Made by a program: the position numbers and the translations under genes
The notes under the pieces: model-generated
Seen by the model: the letters and a program-made list of their open reading frames with translations, nothing else
The model's database searches: none
What the model was told of the DNA's origin: nothing
Shown here: positions 29,294 through 39,297 of the stretch, piece after piece
Numbering within the stretch: the first letter of the stretch is position 1
Layout: every line of letters starts with the position of its first letter
DNA from: Parvibaculum sp.
GTDB lineage: Bacteria; Pseudomonadota; Alphaproteobacteria; Parvibaculales; Parvibaculaceae
Reading direction: 5' to 3'
NCBI GenBank assembly: GCA_020062605.1
Contig: JAGUWA010000058.1
Coordinates: 1-52,434 of the forward strand
DNA: 52,434 nucleotides

Positions 29294-29307
29294 CCGCAGG
29301 AATAGCC

Positions 29308-30018
29308 ATGCATGCGCCTTTCGATTTGACGATGGAGGAAGAGGGAGAGATTGTCGCTGGAGAGGATGGGGACGGCGGTCTTTCCAACTTGTTTGAGCGA
29401 AACAAAGTTTGGGCGGAGCGCAAAACAAGATCCGATCCAAGCTTTTTCAGACGCTTGGTTGGTCAACAAACTCCACGTTACTTTTGGATCGGGTGCTCTG
29501 ATAGCCGCGTACCCGCGACGGAAATTGTCGACCTCGATCCTGGAGAGATGTTCGTTCACCGAAACGTTGCGAACCTGGCAAGCGCTTCAGATCTGAGCTT
29601 TTCTGCGGCTTTGCAGTTCGCCGTCGACGTGCTTCAGGTTCGTCACGTCATTGTAGTCGGACATTATGGTTGTGGTGGCATCTCTGCCGCGATAAGCGGC
29701 CGTGCAAACGGCAAAATTGGCTGCTGGCTCAATCCGGTGCGCAAACTTTGTTGCTCCCTATCGCACAGTTCTTCAAATGATGTTCTGGATCCAAACATAT
29801 TGTGCGAACTCAATGTTGTCGCTCAGGTGGAAGCACTCGTACTCAATCCGACTATAGGCGCTGCCTGGGCACGGCAGGCGGATCTGACTTTGCATGGATG
29901 GGTATACGGAATTGGCGATGGACTTTTAAGAAGCGTATGCGATCCGGTAACGCCGCTGGGGCGCTCCGAGGCGGTGAGCAGCCCAAAAGCACAGACAAAT
30001 GACAGCGCACTCTTCTAA
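29308..30018 (+). CDS. can: Beta-carbonic anhydrase
   Basis: WIGCSDSRVP, FVHRNVAN, GHYGCGG. Confidence 0.93.
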   Translation: MHAPFDLTMEEEGEIVAGEDGDGGLSNLFERNKVWAERKTRSDPSFFRRLVGQQTPRYFWIGCSDSRVPATEIVDLDPGEMFVHRNVANLASASDLSFSAALQFAVDVLQVRHVIVVGHYGCGGISAAISGRANGKIGCWLNPVRKLCCSLSHSSSNDVLDPNILCELNVVAQVEALVLNPTIGAAWARQADLTLHGWVYGIGDGLLRSVCDPVTPLGRSEAVSSPKAQTNDSALF

Positions 30019-30427
30019 CGCTGACCTGATCCAAGCCGCGATAGATGCATGTCGCGCCGGCAAGTCACCAAACAGGCAGTTAGATTCCCAAGTTGCGCGA
30101 GCAATTTTTTCCCATCTCGCAGCCATGCAGGAAATCGAGGTGGGCATCTGGCAGAATGCAGATGGAACTCGGATGACAGCGCCACGATACAGCTCCTCTG
30201 TCGCGGCAGCGATGACGCTAATTCCTTCCGGCTACCGGCTTGAAGATAGCGGATCATATTTCGTCGTGGTCGGCGACTCGGGATCGTCGAGGGGGCGTCA
30301 CAAGTATTTGGCCATCGGACTCTGCATTGCGGCGCTCCGTTGCCGCTTGGTGAATGAGATCACCATACCCCTCAAGCAGGATAAAGATTTGCGGCCAGCC
30401 GTCCATTCCAGCATCTCGCTCGGCTAA
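29999..30427 (+). CDS. Hypothetical protein, phage ABA-sandwich-like pattern
   Basis: RQLD..VARA...PRYSSSVAAA..L...A.GLCIAAL. Confidence 0.55.
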   Translation: MTAHSSNADLIQAAIDACRAGKSPNRQLDSQVARAIFSHLAAMQEIEVGIWQNADGTRMTAPRYSSSVAAAMTLIPSGYRLEDSGSYFVVVGDSGSSRGRHKYLAIGLCIAALRCRLVNEITIPLKQDKDLRPAVHSSISLG

Positions 30428-30453
30428 CGCCGAAAACATGGGAGCTTTATCCG

Positions 30454-31116
30454 ATGACACCTCGAGCAGCAGCTCAGAGAAAATTTTCTCTTCCCCCACT
30501 ACCTTATGATCGCGATGCATTGTCTCCCCATCTATCCGCAGAAGCGATCGACATTCACTACGGCAGACACCATGCCCGCTACATTGAAACCCTCAATCGC
30601 CTTGTTGAAAATCTCAGAACGTCCCCCGCTACACTCGAGGCGCTCATTCACCATTCGCGCGAGTCGGATGCCCCTCTTTTCAACAACGCTGCACAAGCAT
30701 GGAATCATGCATTTTTCTGGGAAAGCATGTCTCCGCAAGCAACCGAGCCCGCGGATGAACTGCGGGAAGCCATCTCCCAGAGGTTCGGAAGTGTTGATAC
30801 TTTGAGGGAACGCTTCATCGCCGAGGGAACTGGACATTTCGGTTCAGGCTGGGTGTGGTTGGTCTCCCACAAAGGCGATCTTTCCGTAACATCCACACAC
30901 GATGCGGGCACGCCGATCACCAACGACGGCGTGACTGCCCTATTAGCGTGCGATGTTTGGGAACACGCTTATTACATTGACTACCGCCAAGATCGGGCCA
31001 CCTGGTTGGCAAAATGGTGGGATCATCTTGCTAACTGGCGCTTTGCTCAAACGCAATACGAAGCTTCGCTGGGCAAGGTCCGTGGCTGGGTATTTCTTGA
31101 CACCGGTGATGCTTAA
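30454..31116 (+). CDS. sodB: Fe/Mn superoxide dismutase (Fe-type)
   Basis: HY.RHH..Y, FNNAAQAWNH.FFW, FGSGW, DVWEHAYY. Confidence 0.93.
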   Translation: MTPRAAAQRKFSLPPLPYDRDALSPHLSAEAIDIHYGRHHARYIETLNRLVENLRTSPATLEALIHHSRESDAPLFNNAAQAWNHAFFWESMSPQATEPADELREAISQRFGSVDTLRERFIAEGTGHFGSGWVWLVSHKGDLSVTSTHDAGTPITNDGVTALLACDVWEHAYYIDYRQDRATWLAKWWDHLANWRFAQTQYEASLGKVRGWVFLDTGDA

Positions 31117-31556
31117 TAAGAAGGGCGAATGAGAGGTGGCAGAAATTTGAATCGGTGCACCCCAATTTCGCTGCGTCCACATGGCGCAATCACCTCGTCA
31201 TCGGCAGACGCATACTTGCTTGGACTGAGTGAGCCTTCATCACAAAATCAGCACGGCCGCTACTGTAACCGGGCGGCCTCACTGTCCGAATCGGAATTTG
31301 GTCGCTCCATTTGTATTCGTTTGGAGGAATTCATGAGAGCCACAGTAGCGATGAGATGGCTTAGTCGCCGCGGTCTGTGGATTACATTTTTGACTGCGGC
31401 TTTGGTGACCATTCTCTTCGTTGTATTCCTTCCCCGCGTCGCACGTGTGGATGGAACTTCCAATCGAGCGTCCATGTCGCAGTTGCGCATCGAAGACAAC
31501 ATTCATCCAGATTGACTCAAACTTCTCTTGCCTTCTGCACTACGTTGAGGTGCCTT

Positions 31557-31895
31557 TTAGTCTCCTTCACCTGCTTTAGGGCTAAACGCCGCCAGCTTCC
31601 CCGAGATTCCATTCAGAGCATCCGCTTCTGGCATAGGCGTCTTTTTCCGCGTCAGATTCGGCCATTTGCCAGCATACTCTGCATTCAATTCTAGCCATTG
31701 CGGTGTGGCCGGTTGGTCTGTATCCGGAAATATCGCTTCAGCCGGGCATTCTGGAACGCAGACTCCACAATCGATGCATTCGTCCGGGTGAATCACCAGC
31801 ATATTTTCGCCTTCGTAGAAGCAATCGACCGGGCACACCTCCACGCAGTCGGTGAACTTGCATTTAATGCAGTTATCCGTAACTACGTGCGTCAT
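31557..31895 (-). CDS. fdxA: 7Fe ferredoxin FdxA
   Basis: [30 protein letters not shown]. Confidence 0.95.
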   Translation of the reverse strand: MTHVVTDNCIKCKFTDCVEVCPVDCFYEGENMLVIHPDECIDCGVCVPECPAEAIFPDTDQPATPQWLELNAEYAGKWPNLTRKKTPMPEADALNGISGKLAAFSPKAGEGD

Positions 31896-31912
31896 GTCTC
31901 ACCTCTGGGTAA

Positions 31913-31935
31913 TTGATATATTTGATATATATCTT
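31913..31935. promoter_or_regulatory. NsrR-type box upstream of fdxA
   Basis: TTGATATATTTGATATATATCTT. Confidence 0.72.
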
Positions 31936-31986
31936 TTAGGGCATAACAAAGCCGAAAATTCCGCCTTTTTGAGTTGGTCAGCCAGT

Positions 31987-32484
31987 CTAATTGCGACCTT
32001 TTCCCTTCCCCCCTCGCCCTCTCTTCCACCTAAGATCTGGACCGCGGGTTTCATCAACCGGCACTCCCAGGCGGCCGAAATCTTTTCGCTTAAGAGTGAT
32101 ATCGGCGAGAGTATATTTATCTAAAGTCCCGACAAAAGAGAGTAACGCTTCGTTCAACACGTTTGCCAACTCGCATTTTTTGGTCAACACACATTGATTG
32201 CCGGTGGCAAAGCACTCTACCAATGCGAAATCCGGTTCTGTTTCCCGAACTACATTTCCAAGGTTAATTTTCTTGGGAGCTATCGCGAGCATGAATCCCC
32301 CGGAGCGGCCGCGCACGCTCTTCAGGTATCCTGCCCTTGTCAGCATATTCACCACCTTCATCAAGTGCGCCTTTGAGATGTCATAAACCTTCGACGTCTC
32401 ATCGATTGTGATAAGCCGGTCATTCTCAGCCGCTGCATATATAAGGACGCGCAAGGCATAGTCGGAAAGTGTCGTTAAGCGCAT
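31987..32484 (-). CDS. nsrR: Rrf2-family regulator, NsrR type
   Basis: MRLT..SDYALR.L, HLMKVV, RGRSGG, three Cys in ECF...NQC....C; divergent from nnrS. Confidence 0.88.
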   Translation of the reverse strand: MRLTTLSDYALRVLIYAAAENDRLITIDETSKVYDISKAHLMKVVNMLTRAGYLKSVRGRSGGFMLAIAPKKINLGNVVRETEPDFALVECFATGNQCVLTKKCELANVLNEALLSFVGTLDKYTLADITLKRKDFGRLGVPVDETRGPDLRWKRGRGGKGKGRN

Positions 32485-32579
32485 GTCTTATCCACTAGGT
32501 TGGGCACAAGTTCTTAGAGCCGCTCCGGATACAGATCGATCATTCATGCGACAAACGGCGTCATCGTTTTGTCGGGTTT

Positions 32580-32602
32580 ATGATATATTTTATATACATC
32601 TT
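32580..32602. promoter_or_regulatory. NsrR-type box in the nsrR/nnrS intergenic region
   Basis: ATGATATATTTTATATACATCTT. Confidence 0.8.
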
Positions 32603-32657
32603 ATGGACGGATGTACGACATTGCCATTTCCCGTCAAATGTGCGCGGAGGACGCCCG

Positions 32658-33833
32658 ATGAAGAGAGGTGCGGTTCGGACGGATACATTGACGCTGCTCA
32701 CCTACGGTTTCCGGCCATTCTTTCTCGGCGGCGCTATATGGGCTGTGATGGCTATGTTGCTCTGGGTCGGGATAGTCGCTGGGCGAATAAAGATCGACCT
32801 CGGCTTACCTCAGATATCTTGGCACGCTCATGAATTTCTGTTCGGCTATGTAGGAGCGATCATAGCCGGATTTCTGCTGACCGCAGTTCCAAACTGGACC
32901 GGGCGCGCTCCATTGCAAGGTTTCGTGTTGCTCTCCCTTCTAGTTCTCTGGATAGCGGGAAGGGTAGCCCTTCTGGCGGCAGGACTAGTTGACTACTGGG
33001 TAGCTGCATTTGTTGATGTTCTTTTCTTGCCATCCCTTGCCCTATTTCTACTGCGGGAGGTTCGCGCAGCTGGAAGCAATGCCAACATCCTAATAATAGC
33101 TGTTGTTTTGGTACTGGCCCTCGCCAATGTGCTTTTCCACACCGAAATAATCGTCTACGGGTATACGACATTCGCCGGGCGCGGCTCCATTTCGCTGATC
33201 CTTCTTCTCATCGTATTGATCGGTGGACGCATAGTGCCGAACTTCACCAGAAACTGGCTCGCAGGGAGAGGGGAACACCGCCTGCCTGCACCAATGGATG
33301 GATTTGACCACACAGTGATCGCGATAAGCGTGGCCTCATTGATCATGTGGACGTTTTTCCCATCCATGCCTCTTACCCCACTGTTTTTGCTAACCGCCGG
33401 CGTCTTTCACGCGGTTCGCCTTGGACGATGGTCGGGCTGGCGCACTCGATCTGAACCTCTCGTCTTTATTCTTCATGTGGGCTACGCGTTTGTCCCCTTT
33501 GGGTTCCTATTGGCTGGAGTGTCGTTGATCTGGCCGTCCATCGTCATGCCTTCCACCGCTACTCACGCGTGGACAAGTGGAGCTATGGGAACAATGACGC
33601 TCGCCATCATGACACGTGCGACTCGGGGACATTCTGGCCGCTCTCTAACGGCTCCTCGCACAACGCAGATTGCATACTTGTGCATCATTTTGGCGGGCGT
33701 TCTGCGGCTCGGTGAGGCCTGCCTGCCCGACGCATCAATGACACTCTATGTTCTGTCAGCTCTTTCTTGGGTCGCCGCGTTTAGCATCTTTTTGATGATC
33801 TATGGCCCGATGCTTGTACTGCCCCGGCGCTAA
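32658..33833 (+). CDS. nnrS: NnrS heme-Cu membrane protein
   Basis: GFRPFFL, WHAHE.LFGY, GFLLTAVPNWTG, GGRIVP.FT, RAT.GHSGR. Confidence 0.95.
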   Translation: MKRGAVRTDTLTLLTYGFRPFFLGGAIWAVMAMLLWVGIVAGRIKIDLGLPQISWHAHEFLFGYVGAIIAGFLLTAVPNWTGRAPLQGFVLLSLLVLWIAGRVALLAAGLVDYWVAAFVDVLFLPSLALFLLREVRAAGSNANILIIAVVLVLALANVLFHTEIIVYGYTTFAGRGSISLILLLIVLIGGRIVPNFTRNWLAGRGEHRLPAPMDGFDHTVIAISVASLIMWTFFPSMPLTPLFLLTAGVFHAVRLGRWSGWRTRSEPLVFILHVGYAFVPFGFLLAGVSLIWPSIVMPSTATHAWTSGAMGTMTLAIMTRATRGHSGRSLTAPRTTQIAYLCIILAGVLRLGEACLPDASMTLYVLSALSWVAAFSIFLMIYGPMLVLPRR

Positions 33834-33874
33834 ATTTTGCTCAGACGCACAACTGGAGAGTCCCGCCATTAAAA

Positions 33875-35254
<1,380 letters not shown>

Positions 35255-35331
35255 CTATTGGCAGGTCGCAGAGGTTTCAGATGTCGCCCGCCCGGTGGCA
35301 GGCTGAGATATCGCTTGTACTTGCGCAGGTT

Positions 35332-35760
35332 CTAGATGATGTGAATTCGAACGTCCACGTTTCCTCTTGTCGCATGTGAATATGGGCAGATTTTTTGATG
35401 CGCCACCTCGACGATCTCCGATTTCTGCTCGGCTTCGAGACCATCAATCCGGACTTCAAGCTCCACAGAAATTGAGAATCCGCCCTGCGTTCGCGGTCCG
35501 ATTCCAACGTTCGCTGTTACTTGTGTACCAGGTCCCAACGAGAATCCCCGATCTCCGGCCGCAAGCCTTACCGCACCTTCAAAGCAAGCCGCATATCCAG
35601 CCGCGAAAAGCTGCTCGGGATTAGTTTTAGGGCCTCCCGGCCCACCAAGTTCGGCCGGCATGACGAGTTCCAACTCCAGAACACCGTCACTGCTCCGCAC
35701 ATGGCCCTCGCGTCCGCCTTTCGCTGTAACAACCGCGGTATATAGAACACCAGTCGACAT
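35332..35760 (-). CDS. ohr: Organic hydroperoxide resistance protein
   Basis: GGREG, TNPEQLFAAGYAACF, CPYS.ATRGN. Confidence 0.95.
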   Translation of the reverse strand: MSTGVLYTAVVTAKGGREGHVRSSDGVLELELVMPAELGGPGGPKTNPEQLFAAGYAACFEGAVRLAAGDRGFSLGPGTQVTANVGIGPRTQGGFSISVELEVRIDGLEAEQKSEIVEVAHQKICPYSHATRGNVDVRIHII

Positions 35761-35773
35761 AGCTTTCTCCGCT

Positions 35774-35989
35774 CTACTTGGGGTTATTGGTTCGTTTCGC
35801 CGCACCGATCTTCATCCAATCGCGCAGAAGCCCCTTGTCTTCCTTAGAGAAACGCGCACGCGCCTTGAGATTTTCAAAAGTGTCGCCTGGATAGGATCTT
35901 TCGTAGTCACGGCAAATCGCTCTTTCGATCGCCTCCCATTCATCCGGATCTGACGGCCCGATCTTTTGCAAAACTCCGTTTGCTGACAT
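35774..35989 (-). CDS. Small conserved-looking hypothetical protein upstream of ohr
   Basis: DYERSYPGDTFENLKARARFSKEDKGLLRDW; 13 nt from ohr; start uncertain. Confidence 0.6.
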   Translation of the reverse strand: MSANGVLQKIGPSDPDEWEAIERAICRDYERSYPGDTFENLKARARFSKEDKGLLRDWMKIGAAKRTNNPK

Positions 35990-36177
35990 ATAACGTTCGC
36001 CATTCGAACTAGCGTCAGTCACCGTGTGACACATCGTCTCTGAACCTGTATTCACAGACGTCCTTTCGTCCGGCCTTCAGGTGTTGCAAGCGCTCCCATC
36101 AGAAGGGACTGCGGTATTGTTGCGCATGTCAAAACTTGCTACGACGAAAATAACTCTTTGCATTTTATACCCACAAT

Positions 36178-36200
36178 AACATATAATTTATATATATCTT
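36178..36200. promoter_or_regulatory. NsrR-type box upstream of hyp-ohr(-gdhA)
   Basis: AACATATAATTTATATATATCTT. Confidence 0.6.
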
Positions 36201-36520
36201 TTAGCGCAGTGTACCGAATACGCTTCGCTGTTCGTGATCAATCCTTCCTCCTCGGCCACGACCTCGACGTCGCGAAAATGCCAGGTCACTGGCTACTGGC
36301 ACGTTTGGATAAGCGTGTGCGTCGCTCCGGGGCCTAGGAATGACTCAGAAATTTCTTGCCAGCCTTACCATTACAGAGGGGTAACAATGTAGTCGAGTTT
36401 GCTCTCGGGCTCGATGGGACCGCATCTCGCATCATTCCATGCACACCAAGTCGTTACATCGGTATCGAACATGCCAAAGAAGCTGCCACTTGGACGCTGA
36501 TGCATCACCACATCCTTCTT

Positions 36521-36871
36521 CTACATTCTCTCTTTCAGAAATTCGGCAAGAACAACTGCATGATTGTGAGCCTCATCACGCGCGCCATATAGCAGCGTTG
36601 CACAATCATTTCCCATTACCTCCTTTAGCCGTTCCACTTCGTCTTCATTGCTCTCAAGCTCTTGCCGGTATTTCTTCTTGAACTCTGTCCACCGCGACGG
36701 ATCATGTCCGAACCATTTCCGAAGAGATGCGCTAGGCGCAATCTCCTTGTGCCATAACGCAATTCCCGCCGCCTCTTTCTTTACCCCACGCGGCCAAACA
36801 CGATCGACCAATACACGCACCCCATCTTGAGGGGACTTCTTTTCGTATATTCTCTTCACCTGGATTTTCAT
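36521..36871 (-). CDS. DUF488/YeaO-family protein
   Basis: KRIYE...DG.RVLVDRVWPRG, APS..LRKWFGHD, HNHAVVL. Confidence 0.92.
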   Translation of the reverse strand: MKIQVKRIYEKKSPQDGVRVLVDRVWPRGVKKEAAGIALWHKEIAPSASLRKWFGHDPSRWTEFKKKYRQELESNEDEVERLKEVMGNDCATLLYGARDEAHNHAVVLAEFLKERM

Positions 36872-36922
36872 CGACCATCACTCCCTCTGGGGGATACCGG
36901 CAAAATTTTTCAGCCGAATGTT

Positions 36923-36945
36923 AACATGTATCTGATATATTTCTT
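36923..36945. promoter_or_regulatory. NsrR-type box between divergent DUF488 and membrane-protein genes
   Basis: AACATGTATCTGATATATTTCTT. Confidence 0.68.
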
Positions 36946-36984
36946 TAATGCCTTACATCGACTTCTCGGAATTGAGGCGATCAG

Positions 36985-37443
36985 ATGGCTCGCACAAAGA
37001 CAGGGATATACTCACTAGCCGCGATGTCGGTGGCTATAGTTTCTCTCGTGTGGGCAGGAATGATCGTCGGTGTTTCGGGTCTGGCTACACCTGCGAAGTT
37101 CGTCGCACCGTCTCTGAATCTACCAATCGCTCTGGAAGTTGGCCGAGTTACCTTTCAAGTCTTTAGTAAGGTTGAATGGGTTTTTGCGTTTTTTTTGGGC
37201 TTGTCGATCACAAGCGTTGGTTGGCGCTTTCCTGCTTTCTGTTGGACCGTTCTTGCTGTTGTTGTCGTTCTTCTGATCCTTCAAGCAGTGTGGCTTTTGC
37301 CTGTTCTCGATGCTCGCGTGAGTGCCGTCATAGCAGGAGTTCCTCAGCAAACGAGTATTGCACACGTGCTATATGTTGCAGCTGAATCAATAAAGATCGT
37401 CGGCTTGCTTGTCATAGGGGGGACGGCAATTCGGGCGTCTTAG
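36985..37443 (+). CDS. Four-TM membrane protein (DUF4149-like)
   Basis: W.GM..GVS.LATP.KF.AP.L, VGR..F, WLLP.LDAR, H..Y...E..K. Confidence 0.75.
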   Translation: MARTKTGIYSLAAMSVAIVSLVWAGMIVGVSGLATPAKFVAPSLNLPIALEVGRVTFQVFSKVEWVFAFFLGLSITSVGWRFPAFCWTVLAVVVVLLILQAVWLLPVLDARVSAVIAGVPQQTSIAHVLYVAAESIKIVGLLVIGGTAIRAS

Positions 37444-37818
37444 GTGCTCAAGGAAAATGCCTGAGGACCCTCGAACGATGCTAAGCTGAGAGCAAGTTTC
37501 AAAGTGATAGTGCTCGGAATGTTTGCCTGAATCGACGCTACGCAGTCTCAACTCCGTGCACCCTTAAACGTTTAATGGTCACAGCGAATTGATAGGAGCG
37601 TGCTATGCGATTGACACTATTCCAAGGAGTAATGGCACTCTTCTTTTGCCAGTCTGCTTTACTCCGCCCCCGCTCCACGAGGAGCGAGAAGGATTCCCGT
37701 AATGGGTTCACTTCTTCCTCACGTCATACCGATCGCTCGGAACGTTGGAACATTCAGCAACTTGCGAGGCTATTGCAGGGATAGCCGCTGTGCAGGAGTC
37801 AGAGTACGGGCTTGGAAT

Positions 37819-38145
37819 ATGCTTCAGTTGATTTTCATACTTCCCGATGGCACCGAAAAATTGTTCCGCGTCCATTCCGGCGAGAATGTTATGGATGTGG
37901 CGGTATCCAATGAGATTGACGGCATTTCCGCGAATTGCCGCGGTAATTGTGCCTGTTCTACGTGCCACGTTTACGTGGAGCCAGAATGGCTGGAGCGGGT
38001 GGGTACCGCCTCGGGTATGGAAGAAGATATTCTCGATTTCGCACCGGACGCACGATCCGAAAGCAGACTTTGTTGCCAGCTTACTATGTCGAAGAAACTT
38101 GACGGACTGAGGTTGCGCGTTCCTGACTGGCAACGCTGGAATTGA
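37819..38145 (+). CDS. Adrenodoxin/putidaredoxin-type 2Fe-2S ferredoxin
   Basis: CRGNCACSTCHVYV, SRLCCQ. Confidence 0.92.
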   Translation: MLQLIFILPDGTEKLFRVHSGENVMDVAVSNEIDGISANCRGNCACSTCHVYVEPEWLERVGTASGMEEDILDFAPDARSESRLCCQLTMSKKLDGLRLRVPDWQRWN

Positions 38146-38428
38146 CGATACTTTCTATTCTTTCCCGTCACCCGAAACTTAAATATGCGAATGCCCGATA
38201 TCGACGTCTTCTCGCGACGCGCGTCTATCGGAGCAGTTGAACCAGTACGCCAAAAGCCGCTCGTCGCCGCTGTCGCGCCGTCCCAGAAAATGCCCCTGTC
38301 CACGTCGATGCTCGGCTCTACCTCGACCGGAGAAAAACGAGGCGCCCGGCGGGGAGCAATGGGTGAAAACCCCGAACCAAGCCGGAAGATTGCGGCGACC
38401 TTCAAGTTTCATCAGCCTTGTAATGGCC

Positions 38429-38465
38429 TTTACCACACGGAAATATTTTTGTGTGGCAAGAGCTG
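38429..38465. repeat. Right copy of 37-bp palindromic site (TTACCACACGG-AAATATTT-TTGTGTGGCAA core)
   Basis: Reverse complement matches 10409-10445 at 32/37. Confidence 0.85.
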
Positions 38466-38552
38466 GAACGTCTGTGCGTGCCGGAGAAAGCACTTGGTAG
38501 CAGCGATTCATCAGCTCTCGATTCTACCTGCTTCGCCCCAACGGTCTCCATG

Positions 38553-38897
38553 TCAGGAGAACATCCTGGCGACCGTATCGCGGGGAGAGCCGAGCCTGTA
38601 GAAGCGAGACATCGTGCGCGCCCAGCCTAGATCAGGAGCCATGACGCGCAGCTCAGATGTGAGAGCAGTCGTGGTGCCGATAATCGGGTGTGCCACGACC
38701 CTTCCCTTGAGAGCGGGTACGTCCCGCAAGGTGATTTCGTAATTGTCGAGAAGAGGTGCGTCCTCGAGGTCCTCGATCGACGGCAACACACCGGCTCGTA
38801 TCCATTCGAGGTCGAGGCAGAGCGCCTTCAGCCGCTCGATCTCTTCGTTCAGATAGCGGATTTGCAGAACACCTTCACGCGCAACCACGATAAGCAT
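38553..38897 (-). CDS. DUF6634-like protein
   Basis: L.DAPLL, L.G.V.AHP..G, TS.L, GWARTMSRFYRLG; GGAGG RBS. Confidence 0.75.
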   Translation of the reverse strand: MLIVVAREGVLQIRYLNEEIERLKALCLDLEWIRAGVLPSIEDLEDAPLLDNYEITLRDVPALKGRVVAHPIIGTTTALTSELRVMAPDLGWARTMSRFYRLGSPRDTVARMFS

Positions 38898-39169
38898 GCC
38901 AGTCCTCCTTTTGCGGTGCGGAGAAGGCTATGGCGATGCTTGGAACATAACAAGAACGAAGGTGCGGGCGATATCCCGAGTCGAGGTGCTTTCAGTAGCA
39001 TAACACCCGCAATTCCGCGGCTTCAGCGAAGCGCAGATTGCTGCTTTCTTGTGGAAGTGTTGGCTGGCAGCAACAACGACATCTTAACGTCGACGCCGCC
39101 GCCGCTATTGGCTGGGGTGACGTAAACGGATCATTGTGGAACTTTCAGCCCGCGCTCCCGCTCGTTTTG

Positions 39170-39257
39170 GCTAACCTGTTGAAAATAAAGAATTTGCCCC
39201 AGAAAATCCGGTTTCCCGGTGATTTTGGGGCAAACGCTGCAATATCAAAGAGTTAGC
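39170..39257. other. Palindrome (39193-39234) flanked by two inverted IHF-like sites; att-like structure
   Basis: TTTGCCCC..AAAATC..GATTTTGGGGCAAA; TATCAAagagTTA (39243-39255) matches WATCAANNNNTTR; TAAcctgTTGAAA (39172-39184) is a 1-mismatch inverse. Confidence 0.55.
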
Positions 39258-39297
39258 GCTTCTGATGGGCTGAAAATGTCACCGTTGCCCTGCATCC

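Noticed and set aside
31129-31515. 128-aa ORF after sodB
   Set aside because: Only the last ~60 codons (from ATG ~31333, one TM) look plausible; too weak to call.
37633-37649. Sigma-54 promoter TGGCAC...TTGC before the 2Fe-2S ferredoxin
   Set aside because: GG-GC spacing is 2 nt too long for -24/-12.
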